Virus record (IMG/VR): IMGVR_UViG_3300038520_000510
Location: 1-50,649 of that record
Direction: 5' to 3' (one strand)
DNA from: a virus
Taxonomy: Duplodnaviria > Caudoviricetes
DNA: 50,649 nt
Numbering within the stretch: the first letter of the stretch is position 1; every line of letters begins with the position of its first letter. Under the pieces are notes generated by a model. That model had not been told where the DNA came from. It saw only the letters and a list, made by a program, of their open reading frames with translations, and made no database searches. A program made the translations under genes and the position numbers. Of this stretch, positions 26,081 to 34,815 are shown piece after piece.

Positions 26081-27109
26081 ATGAAAAAGTCTCAGAAATC
26101 TTTAAAAGATTGGACAGACCAAGAATGGACTACCAAAAGTGGTAAACCATCTACGCAAGGCCCAAAAGCTACAGGTGAAAGATATTTGCCAAAGAAAGCT
26201 ATACAGGCTATGTCTGATTCTGAGTATGCTGCAACCTCTAGAAAGAAAAGAGAGGACACAAAAAAAGGTAAACAGTTTTCTAAGCAGCCTAAGAAAGCTG
26301 CAAAGACTGCACGTAGATTCAGAAATAAAGGTGGTAGTGTGGATAAAAATAAATTTAAAACTGTCATGGATGAGTTTTCTGAAGGTAATTTAAAGTCTAG
26401 TTCAGGAGAAACTGTAACATCTAGAGATCAGGCATTAGCTATTGCCTTTGCTTCCTCTAGAGCTAAAAAAGAAATGGGCGGTTTAATAGAGGCCGCACGT
26501 AATGTAAGACCTATGCTGAGAAAAGCAGAAGGCGGTGAAACTAAATTTCCAGATTTAACAGGTGATGGAAAAGTAACACAGGCTGATATTCTTCATGGCC
26601 GTGGAGTTTTCCAAGAAGGTGGTGGGGTTCCTGTAGATACTTACCCAAATATACCTCCTAATCAAATGGATGCTGCAATGGCATCTCAAAAACCTGATGA
26701 TGTAATGGAAGAAGAATATTTAAAATATGTTGTTGGAACTGTTTTAAACGAACAAGAACAACAATATTTAACTAATGCTTTAGAAGCAGACCCTAGACTT
26801 AATTCTATTTTAAACAAAGTCTTGCTAACTGCTTCTGAGTTTTCTGGGGCTGGAGAAGTTGAAGGCCCCGGAACTGGTGTATCAGACTCAATACCCGCCA
26901 GATTATCTGACGGCGAGTTTGTATTCACCAGAAAGGCCACTGACCAAATAGGTGCTGAGAATCTCCAACGAATGATGGATGATGCTGAACGTGCCTTTGA
27001 CGGTGGTATGATGAGTGGGCAGAGTATGTTGAGCAGAACATCAATGAGTAATGAAGACATTATTCAGCGACAGATGGCTGGCTCAAGTAAAATGCCTAGT
27101 ATTCGTTAA
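26081..27109 (+). CDS. Multi-module head-associated protein with GG-motif linkers
   Basis: Modules: SQKSL.DW..QEW.T, KFKTVM.EF..G.LKSSSG..V.SR.QA.AIA (DUF6496-like), the EF-hand-like DLTGDGKVTQAD and GPGTGVSDSIPARLSDGEFV. Confidence 0.75.
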   Translation: MKKSQKSLKDWTDQEWTTKSGKPSTQGPKATGERYLPKKAIQAMSDSEYAATSRKKREDTKKGKQFSKQPKKAAKTARRFRNKGGSVDKNKFKTVMDEFSEGNLKSSSGETVTSRDQALAIAFASSRAKKEMGGLIEAARNVRPMLRKAEGGETKFPDLTGDGKVTQADILHGRGVFQEGGGVPVDTYPNIPPNQMDAAMASQKPDDVMEEEYLKYVVGTVLNEQEQQYLTNALEADPRLNSILNKVLLTASEFSGAGEVEGPGTGVSDSIPARLSDGEFVFTRKATDQIGAENLQRMMDDAERAFDGGMMSGQSMLSRTSMSNEDIIQRQMAGSSKMPSIR

Positions 27110-27112
27110 TAC

Positions 27113-27363
27113 GGCTACCTTGAAGTAACAAGCCCCTATCAGTTTGACGAAACATATAGATAGGCTACCTTGTAGACAACAAGCCCCGTTTGGAGAAGTA
27201 ATATGACTGTCGCAGAAAAAATTGAGGAACAAGAAGCAAATCCTTATAACATGAAGAAAGATTGGCATGATCAAGTAGAGGATAAAAAATTTGATAGTGC
27301 TGATGGACTCTTCTTTGAACCTAAGACTAAGAAGGCCACCTCCAGCGATGAAGCTGAAGCCCC
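27113..27363 (+). promoter_or_regulatory. Triplicated GGCYACCT-stemloop-AAGCCCC motif around the scaffold start
   Basis: Copies at 27113-27136, 27163-27187 and 27334-27363. Confidence 0.65.
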
Positions 27364-28036
27364 TGAAGAGAAAGAGGTAAATTATAAAAAGCGTTATGAT
27401 GATCTAAAAAAGCATTATGACAACAAAGTCTCTGAGTTTAAACAACGTGAACAAGAGTTAGTAGCTGAAGCTAAATCAAATGCTCCAGCCTATGAAGCTC
27501 CTAAAACTGTTGAAGAGATAGAGGCTTTTAGGAAAAAGAATCCAGACTTGTATGAAACAGTTGAGACTGTAGCTCATTTTCAAAATGAACAGCAGTTGGC
27601 AGATATACGCCAAGAGCTAGTAGCTTTGAAACAACGTGAGTCTGACATAGCTAAGAAAGAAGCTGAAGTTGAGTTGCGTGAAAGGCATCCTGACTTTGAA
27701 GAAATTCGAGGCGATGAAAGATTTCATGAGTGGGCAAAAGAACAGCCTGAACAAATACAAAGTTGGATATACAATAATCCAAATAATGCTGGTTTAGCTA
27801 GTAAAGCTATTGATTTGTTTAAACTTGAACTTGGTATTTCTACACGGTCAACCAAAACGAAGTCTGCATCTAAAGGAAGCGCAGCAGACATGGTTTCGAC
27901 TAAAACGAAAACTATTGATACTAAGCAACCTAGGATATGGACTGAACGGGAAATCGCTAAAATGTCCATTGCTGAGTTTGATAAGTATGAAGATGATATA
28001 AATCAAGCTATCAGTGAAGGACGAGTGACTAAATAA
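27203..28036 (+). CDS. Capsid scaffolding protein
   Basis: Acidic coiled coil with YKKRYDDL, HPDF and a C-terminal MS..EF.K....I..A..EGR; directly before the capsid gene. Confidence 0.85.
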   Translation: MTVAEKIEEQEANPYNMKKDWHDQVEDKKFDSADGLFFEPKTKKATSSDEAEAPEEKEVNYKKRYDDLKKHYDNKVSEFKQREQELVAEAKSNAPAYEAPKTVEEIEAFRKKNPDLYETVETVAHFQNEQQLADIRQELVALKQRESDIAKKEAEVELRERHPDFEEIRGDERFHEWAKEQPEQIQSWIYNNPNNAGLASKAIDLFKLELGISTRSTKTKSASKGSAADMVSTKTKTIDTKQPRIWTEREIAKMSIAEFDKYEDDINQAISEGRVTK

Positions 28037-28062
28037 TTTGTCTTTTATTGAGGTAATTAAAA

Positions 28063-29052
28063 ATGGCTTATAACCAATCAGATCAATATTTTGAGCCAAG
28101 TACGGATACCGATGCTAACTTTGCGAACTCCGTAAGTGGTCAAACTAACTCATATTTCCTTCCTGCTATTTATAGTAAGAAGGTGCTTAATTTCTTCCGT
28201 AAGGCTTCTGTAGCTGAAGCAATCACTAATACTGATTATGCAGGAGAAATTGCGGCTTATGGTGATTCAGTTCGGATTATCAAAGAACCAGAGATTACTG
28301 TTTATCAGTATGAAAGGGGTCAAGATACAACCCAAACTAAACTGACAGACCAAGAAGTAAACTTGGTTGTCGATACGGCAAATGCTTTCAAGTTCATCGT
28401 AGATGATATTGAAACTAATATGTCTCATGTTAACTTCCGCGAAGTAGCTGCATCTTCAGCAGCATACTCTTTGCGTGATGCTTTTGACCAAGGCGTACTT
28501 GTCACTATGTTTGCTGGTGTATCTGCTTCTAGCCCTAATCATATTCTAGGTTCAGATAGTGCCACTGACTTGGCTGCTGGTACTTTTGATGGTACTGGTA
28601 ATTTAGATATTGGTTTCGCTTCTGGTGAGCATGATCCTATTGATGTTCTTTCACACATGGCCCGTCTGCTTGACGAGCAAAATGTTCCTGAAGAGGGTCG
28701 TTGGTTCCTAGCTAACCCAGAGTTCTATGAGCAGCTTGTACAGACTTCATCAAAACTGATGAGTACTGATTTCAATGCTGGTCAGGGATCAATCCGTAAT
28801 GGTTTGGTGTCCTCTGGTAAGCTACGTGGATTTGATATGTACAAGACTAATAACATTGCCGCTACATCTAATGCAGCAGGTAAATGTATTGCAGGTCACA
28901 TATCTTCTACGTGTACTGCTCAAACTATTGTTAATACTGAAGTAATTCGTGATCCAAGCAGCTTTGGTGACATAGTGCGTGGCCTCCATGTTTATGGAGC
29001 TAAGGTACTACGTGGCGAAGCACTGGTTTCCGCTTTCTACGGTATCGACTAA
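28063..29052 (+). CDS. Major capsid protein
   Basis: FLP.IYS.KV, ITNTDY.GEI...GD.V.I, L.E.NVP..GRW and F.D.VRGLHVYG.KV motifs. Confidence 0.93.
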   Translation: MAYNQSDQYFEPSTDTDANFANSVSGQTNSYFLPAIYSKKVLNFFRKASVAEAITNTDYAGEIAAYGDSVRIIKEPEITVYQYERGQDTTQTKLTDQEVNLVVDTANAFKFIVDDIETNMSHVNFREVAASSAAYSLRDAFDQGVLVTMFAGVSASSPNHILGSDSATDLAAGTFDGTGNLDIGFASGEHDPIDVLSHMARLLDEQNVPEEGRWFLANPEFYEQLVQTSSKLMSTDFNAGQGSIRNGLVSSGKLRGFDMYKTNNIAATSNAAGKCIAGHISSTCTAQTIVNTEVIRDPSSFGDIVRGLHVYGAKVLRGEALVSAFYGID

Positions 29053-29059
29053 TATTATC

Positions 29060-29084
29060 GGGGGTCTGAAATATGGCCCCCTTT
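29060..29084 (+). terminator. Probable weak intrinsic terminator after the capsid gene
   Basis: GGGGGTC...GGCCCCC stem followed by a short TTT and an AT-rich tract. Confidence 0.65.
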
Positions 29085-29107
29085 AATTAAACTAAGAGGA
29101 TATACAT

Positions 29108-29182
29108 ATGAAATGGTCTAAACCTACTTATGAAAAAGTAAGACTTGGCTTTGAAGTTACAATGTATTTCAAAAATAGTTAA
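29108..29182 (+). CDS. pqqA: PQQ precursor peptide PqqA (24 aa, not in ORF track)
   Basis: GAGGA SD 7 nt before the ATG. MKWSKPTYEKVRLGFEVTMYFKNS matches the PqqA signature W.KP....R.GFEVT.Y with the E-x3-Y core. Confidence 0.9.
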   Translation: MKWSKPTYEKVRLGFEVTMYFKNS

Positions 29183-29192
29183 GGTAAATTAG

Positions 29193-29360
29193 ATGCCACA
29201 GCTAGGAAGTGAAAAAAATCCAATTAGGTTTAATGTAAAAGATAAGCGCAAGATTCGCGCTGCTTATATGCGTAATGAAGACAGAAAAAAATACGAAGAT
29301 AACTATGATCGTATTTTTAGAAATCCAAATAATCCTGTGAATCACAAAGAGGAAAGTTAA
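29193..29360 (+). CDS. Hypothetical protein, 55 aa (not in ORF track)
   Basis: AAGGT SD; MPQLGSEKNP...YEDNYDRIF. Confidence 0.7.
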   Translation: MPQLGSEKNPIRFNVKDKRKIRAAYMRNEDRKKYEDNYDRIFRNPNNPVNHKEES

Positions 29361-29361
29361 G

Positions 29362-29550
29362 ATGTATCATGGTGACAAGAAAAAAATGATGATGGGCGGT
29401 ATGAACGGCAAAAAGAAAAAGATGATGGGTCATGGCGGTGAAGCTAGAGAAAAGAAGATGATGGGTGGAGTTGCTACTGGTGGCTCTGGTTCTCAGCCTT
29501 CATACGGTGGTGACATAAACTCTGCAATGCCTCGCGCAACGGCTAACTAA
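29362..29550 (+). CDS. Lys/Met/Gly-rich peptide with repeated xxGG motifs
   Basis: GAGG SD; KKKMMMGG, KKMMGHGG and REKKMMGG. Confidence 0.75.
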   Translation: MYHGDKKKMMMGGMNGKKKKMMGHGGEAREKKMMGGVATGGSGSQPSYGGDINSAMPRATAN

Positions 29551-29551
29551 A

Positions 29552-29716
29552 ATGACTACTGTTGTTTCTAGTGCCAGTTACAAATCTATCCAAGAAAAGG
29601 AAAGAGTTTGTGCAGAGGCTACGGGTAATCAGTTTCCGTATCAAAAACAAGCTGACTTAAAATATCCAAAAATCCGTAATGAACAGGAGAAGCCTGATGC
29701 AAGTAAAGGCTCCTGA
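29552..29716 (+). CDS. Hypothetical protein, 54 aa (not in ORF track)
   Basis: Fills the gap 1 nt after the upstream stop. Confidence 0.5.
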   Translation: MTTVVSSASYKSIQEKERVCAEATGNQFPYQKQADLKYPKIRNEQEKPDASKGS

Positions 29717-29843
29717 TGGCTATCATTGGATGAAAAGTGGCAAGACCTACAAACTAATGAAAGATCCGAAAGCTGGTTACAAACCACATAAAGGATCTTC
29801 AAAATCTGCTAACTTTGAAATTCAAAAGGTTCATTCAAAATAA
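29697..29843 (+). CDS. Basic hypothetical protein, 48 aa (not in ORF track)
   Basis: AGGAG SD; APDGYHWM...LM...YKPH motif; TAATG coupling to the next gene. Confidence 0.75.
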   Translation: MQVKAPDGYHWMKSGKTYKLMKDPKAGYKPHKGSSKSANFEIQKVHSK

Positions 29844-30613
29844 TGGCTAAGACATATCTACAATTAACAAACGAGCTATTACGAGAGTTAAATGAAGTTG
29901 TTTTGACTTCTTCTAATTTTAGTTCTGCTATTGGTATACAAGCTCACGCCCAAGATTGTATAAACAGAGCATATTTAGATATGGCAACTGAAGAACCTAA
30001 ATGGCCTTTTTTAGCAACGGGGCTTAGTGGTAGCACAGATCCCATGTACGGGAATGTATCTGTGGACACTGTGGCTGGTACAAGATGGTATGAGTTAAAG
30101 CCAGCTAGTAGCAGCCTAACGACTGACTATGGAGCTATAGAGTGGGAAAATTTTTATTTAACCACTGTGGGTGTTTCTGGTGAGTCGGCCCCTTTTGTTT
30201 CTAAAAACTTGCAATACATAACTATTGACACTTGGAAAGACTTTAGAAGAACTAGCGAAAATGCTGATGATGCTGATCAAGCTCAAGGTGGAGTGCCTGA
30301 TGCAGTTATAAGAAGTAGTGATGGACGCTTGTTTGGTCTAAGCCCGATACCTGATAAAGTATATAAAGTTTTCTTTTTTGCTTATGATCTTCCTACAGAG
30401 CTATCGGCTCATGATGATACTATTGTATTTCCTGATGTATATAGTCCTACATTACTAGCAAGAGCAAGATATTTTATACATCAATTTAAAGAAAATCCAC
30501 AGGCTGCTGCATTTGCTTTGGATGATTATAGGAAAGGTCTCAGAAGTATGAGAGAAAATCTTATAGATCCAAGCACATCTTATTTTAAAGATGATAGAGT
30601 GGTGTTTGTGTAA
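29843..30613 (+). CDS. Head-tail adaptor / tail tubular protein A-like
   Basis: TYLQL.N..L..LNE, WPF and P.PDK.Y motifs; position after the capsid gene. Confidence 0.75.
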   Translation: MAKTYLQLTNELLRELNEVVLTSSNFSSAIGIQAHAQDCINRAYLDMATEEPKWPFLATGLSGSTDPMYGNVSVDTVAGTRWYELKPASSSLTTDYGAIEWENFYLTTVGVSGESAPFVSKNLQYITIDTWKDFRRTSENADDADQAQGGVPDAVIRSSDGRLFGLSPIPDKVYKVFFFAYDLPTELSAHDDTIVFPDVYSPTLLARARYFIHQFKENPQAAAFALDDYRKGLRSMRENLIDPSTSYFKDDRVVFV

Positions 30614-32226
30614 TGTCTTTAGCATTTGGCTTATCTTGCAGAGGAGGACTAAATACTAACCTAAACTCATTAGAGCTTTTGGGTCAACCGGGATTTGCCA
30701 CAGCTTTAGAAAATTTTGAAGTAGACCCTGACGGTGGATATAGGAGGATAAATGGTTTTACTGCTTTTGGCGGTAGTAGTGCTGCTAGACCTAATAGCAC
30801 AAATAGAATATTAGGAACTTTTCCGTATGCAGATGGAGTCATAGTCTGCTCTGGAACAAGTATTTACTTCAGCAACACAGGAACATCTTGGTTAGAGATA
30901 AATCGAAGTAGTGTTTCTGCGAGTGGAGATAGTCACTCTACTTTTACTGGCAGGTCTGTATTGACTAGATCAAATCAAGGCCAAGCTAGTTTTGTTTTGT
31001 TTGAAGGTGCAGCTTTTGATTATGGTGAAGTTATAATAGCTGATGGAGCTAATAAACTTTACTCATTTAGAATGGAAGGTACTGGCGCGTTAAGCACCCG
31101 TACTTTTTTTGCATCTGAAATAACTGTAACAGGCACTAAGTCTGTAAAATATATTACTATCCATGATCATCACTTAATAGCCGCTGGAGTAGAAGACAAC
31201 TTAAATACTATATTTTTTAGTGTCTACAATGATCCTTCCGATTTTTCAGGGAGTGGATCAGGATCAGTAACTCTGTCAGATCAAGTACAAGGTGTACGAG
31301 GATTTAGAACAGATTTAATTATATTTAATAAAAATAGTATACAGAAACTTGTAAATATAAATGATACATCTAGTGTAAGAATTGATCCTATTGCAGAAAA
31401 TGTAGGATGTCTCTCAGGCTATTCAATTCAAGAGATTGGCGGTGACTTAGTATTCTTAGCTCCTGATGGTATAAGAACTATTGCAGGTACAGCAAGAATT
31501 GGAGACACAGAGTTAAGTTCAGTATCTAGACAGATACAAAGTATTATCACAGCCCTTGCTAGAAATATAAATTCTTTTGTTATAGACAGTGCTGTAATTA
31601 GATCTAAATCACAATACAGACTTTTTTATGCAGGAGCATCTGCATCACCTACAACCTCTAAAGGTATTATAGGAACTTTTACAGGACAAGGTTTTGAATG
31701 GTCAGAAACTAAAGGGATACAAGCCTTTGGTTTAAGCTCTGGCTTTGATAAAGATGGAGTAGAAAAATTCTATCATGGTGATAAAGATGGCTATGTCTAT
31801 AACCATGACACAGGCGTTTCATTTTTAGTAGATGGATCTGAAGCAAATATATTATCTACATATGAAACTCCCGATTTAGATTTTGGAGATATTGGAACAT
31901 TAAAAACTTTAAAATATGTAAAGACATCAATATCTCCAGAGGGAAATGTATCCCCAGTTCTAAGAATTAGATACGACTATAAAAGTTTAGATTTACCACA
32001 GCCTGATGACATAACTTTATCAGACATTCCATTACCTGCTATTTTTGGACTTGCTAATACAACATTTGGTTCTGCTACATTTGGAGCTAGTAATGAGCCA
32101 ATGGTTAGAACAACTTTAACAGGAAGTGGACATACAGCAAGCCTTAGAATAAGAACAAATGATAAAAATCGTTCGTATGGAATAAATGGCTTTTACATAG
32201 ATTATATGCCATCAGGTAGGAGATAA
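30613..32226 (+). CDS. Tail nozzle / tubular protein B-like
   Basis: GGLN, NFE....GGYRRING and GC....SIQEIGGDL.FLAPDG.R motifs. Confidence 0.75.
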   Translation: MSLAFGLSCRGGLNTNLNSLELLGQPGFATALENFEVDPDGGYRRINGFTAFGGSSAARPNSTNRILGTFPYADGVIVCSGTSIYFSNTGTSWLEINRSSVSASGDSHSTFTGRSVLTRSNQGQASFVLFEGAAFDYGEVIIADGANKLYSFRMEGTGALSTRTFFASEITVTGTKSVKYITIHDHHLIAAGVEDNLNTIFFSVYNDPSDFSGSGSGSVTLSDQVQGVRGFRTDLIIFNKNSIQKLVNINDTSSVRIDPIAENVGCLSGYSIQEIGGDLVFLAPDGIRTIAGTARIGDTELSSVSRQIQSIITALARNINSFVIDSAVIRSKSQYRLFYAGASASPTTSKGIIGTFTGQGFEWSETKGIQAFGLSSGFDKDGVEKFYHGDKDGYVYNHDTGVSFLVDGSEANILSTYETPDLDFGDIGTLKTLKYVKTSISPEGNVSPVLRIRYDYKSLDLPQPDDITLSDIPLPAIFGLANTTFGSATFGASNEPMVRTTLTGSGHTASLRIRTNDKNRSYGINGFYIDYMPSGRR

Positions 32227-32228
32227 CA

Positions 32229-34460
32229 ATGGCACAAAGTTATACAAGACAAAGCACATTTGCAGATGGAGATACTATAACTGCTGCACTATTTAATAAT
32301 GAGTTTAATCAGTTATTAAATGCTTTTAGTTACTCTTCTTCTAGTTCTTCTTCAACTGGACATAGACATGATGGCACTGCTGGAGAAGGCGGTAACATCC
32401 ATACTATTGGTGATTTAGACTTTCTAAATAAAGTAGTAGTTGATGGAAGTAATAATCGCATAGGATTTTTTGTAGAAGTATCTAGTGCTGCTGTAGAGCA
32501 AATTAGAGTACAGGATGGAGCTATAGTACCTGTAACAGATAATGACATTGACTTAGGTACAAGTTCTTTAGAATTTAAAGATTTATTTTTAGATGGGACA
32601 GCAACAGTAGATGCCTTAGTTGCTGATACGGCAGATATAAATGGTGGAACTATTGATGGTGCTACAGTTGGTGCTACTTCTGCAAGTACCGGAGCGTTTA
32701 CAACCCTTAGTGCTTCTGGTGCTGTTACACTTAGCAGTACTCTATCTGTACAAGGTAATACCACTCTTGGAAACGCAGCATCAGACACAGTTACCGTCAC
32801 CGCCGACATTGCGTCAGATCTTATACCCAGTGCTAATAATACTCACAGTCTTGGCGATAGCTCTAATAATTGGTCTAATGCCTTTATAAATACACTTACT
32901 TTAGGTGGAACGGCAGTGACTTCTACGGCTGCTGAGTTAAATATTTTAGATGGAGTTACAGCAACAGCCGCAGAACTGAATATCCTTGATGGAGTAACAT
33001 CAACTGCATCAGAGCTTAATATCTTAGATGGCGTTACATCGACAGCAGCAGAATTGAATATCCTTGATGGAGTCACTAGCACCACTGCTGAATTAAATAT
33101 CCTTGATGGTGTTACATCAACTGCAAGTGAGTTAAATCTTGTCGATGGTTCTTCCGCAGGTACAGTTGTCAATAGTAAGGCAGTTATCTATGGATCATCT
33201 GGAGAAGTAAAAGGCACTACCTTTCAGACAGCCACAAATACTTCTGGTAATTTACTTGTTGCAAATGGATCAGGTTTTGCTTCTACGGCAGTTGGAGATT
33301 TATCAGAAATATCTACAGTTGCAAATGATGATGTTCTTTTAGCTGTAGATACTTCAGGTGGTGGACTAAAGAAAATTACAAGGTCTACATTAACCGCTGG
33401 TCTTGTTTCAGGTTCAGAAATATCTAATGTAGTAGAAGATACTACACCCCAGCTAGGTGGAGACTTAGATGTTAATGGTAATGGTTTAGTATCCACATCT
33501 AATGGAAATATTGCTCTTACTCCTAATGGAACAGGAGTTGTTAGAATAGATGGATCTAATGGTGTAGATATACAATCTGGTGCTGTGTCTATTAAAAACT
33601 CTGGCACACAGTCATATATTAGATTTTATTGTGAATCAAGCAATGCCCACTACGCACAGTTACAATCAGCAGCACATAGCGCATATGCTGGTAATGTAAC
33701 TCTTACACTTCCTGCCTCTACAGATACAATAGTTGGTAGAGCAACCACAGATACTCTTACTAACAAAACTTTAACTTCTCCTGATATAAATGGTGGCACG
33801 ATTGATAATGCAGTTGTAGGAGGATCAACGGCAGCAGCAGGATCTTTTACTACACTATCGGCTTCTAGCACGTTTACTTTGGGTGGCACTGCTATAACTT
33901 CTACAGCAGCAGAATTAAATATACTAGATGGTGTTACAGCTACCGCAACAGAACTTAATATCCTTGATGGTGTTACATCTACTACAGCAGAACTTAATAT
34001 TTTAGATGGAGTAACTAGCACTGCAACAGAGTTGAATCTAGTAGATGGCTCTAGCGCAGGAACTATTGTCAATAGTAAAGCTGTTGTATATGGATCATCT
34101 GGCGAGGTTAATGCAACAACTTTGCAGATTGCAGGAACGTCTATAACTTCAACTGCTGCTGAACTTAACATACTTGATGGAGTGACTGCTACAGCTACAG
34201 AGCTAAATATTCTAGACGGTGTAACTAGCACAACAGCAGAGTTAAATATACTGGATGGAGTTACAAGCACTACTGCTGAATTAAACATTCTTGATGGTGT
34301 AACAGCCACTACAGCAGAATTAAATATAATGGATGGAGTCACAGCAACGACTACTGAGCTTAATTATGTTGATGGTGTTACATCTAATATACAAACGCAG
34401 TTAAATGCAGCTGCATCAACAGGTAAAGCTATTGCAATGGCTATAGTGTTCGGAGGCTAA
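32229..34460 (+). CDS. Tail fibre with 13-aa repeats
   Basis: N-terminal YTRQ...I.A...N.EF...GH.HDG attachment region; 16 ELNILDGVT(S/A)Txx-type repeats in three blocks. Confidence 0.85.
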   Translation: MAQSYTRQSTFADGDTITAALFNNEFNQLLNAFSYSSSSSSSTGHRHDGTAGEGGNIHTIGDLDFLNKVVVDGSNNRIGFFVEVSSAAVEQIRVQDGAIVPVTDNDIDLGTSSLEFKDLFLDGTATVDALVADTADINGGTIDGATVGATSASTGAFTTLSASGAVTLSSTLSVQGNTTLGNAASDTVTVTADIASDLIPSANNTHSLGDSSNNWSNAFINTLTLGGTAVTSTAAELNILDGVTATAAELNILDGVTSTASELNILDGVTSTAAELNILDGVTSTTAELNILDGVTSTASELNLVDGSSAGTVVNSKAVIYGSSGEVKGTTFQTATNTSGNLLVANGSGFASTAVGDLSEISTVANDDVLLAVDTSGGGLKKITRSTLTAGLVSGSEISNVVEDTTPQLGGDLDVNGNGLVSTSNGNIALTPNGTGVVRIDGSNGVDIQSGAVSIKNSGTQSYIRFYCESSNAHYAQLQSAAHSAYAGNVTLTLPASTDTIVGRATTDTLTNKTLTSPDINGGTIDNAVVGGSTAAAGSFTTLSASSTFTLGGTAITSTAAELNILDGVTATATELNILDGVTSTTAELNILDGVTSTATELNLVDGSSAGTIVNSKAVVYGSSGEVNATTLQIAGTSITSTAAELNILDGVTATATELNILDGVTSTTAELNILDGVTSTTAELNILDGVTATTAELNIMDGVTATTTELNYVDGVTSNIQTQLNAAASTGKAIAMAIVFGG

Positions 34461-34461
34461 A

Positions 34462-34815
34462 ATGTCAGCACCAAATATCGTAAACGTAGCAACTATTACA
34501 GGTAAATTAGCGGTTCAGGCCGTTGGAACCTCTGCTACTGCAATCGTAACTAATTCTGCATCAAGCAATAAAGTTTTTAAAGTAAATGCTTTATATGTAA
34601 GCAATATTGATGGTACAAACAATGCAGAAATAAATGTAGATGTGTATCGTTCATCTACTGCATATCATATTGCTAAAACTATTGTTGTACCTGCTGACGC
34701 TACATTAGATGTAATTTCAAAAGCTATTTACTTAGAAGAGGGTGATGCTTTACGACTTACAGCTAATGCAGCATCTGATTTAGAAGCAGTATGCTCTTAC
34801 GAAGAGATTAGTTAA
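34462..34815 (+). CDS. Fibre-associated small beta protein
   Basis: PNIVNV..I, NIDGTN and I.LEEGD.L....SYEEI motifs; directly after the fibre gene. Confidence 0.7.
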   Translation: MSAPNIVNVATITGKLAVQAVGTSATAIVTNSASSNKVFKVNALYVSNIDGTNNAEINVDVYRSSTAYHIAKTIVVPADATLDVISKAIYLEEGDALRLTANAASDLEAVCSYEEIS

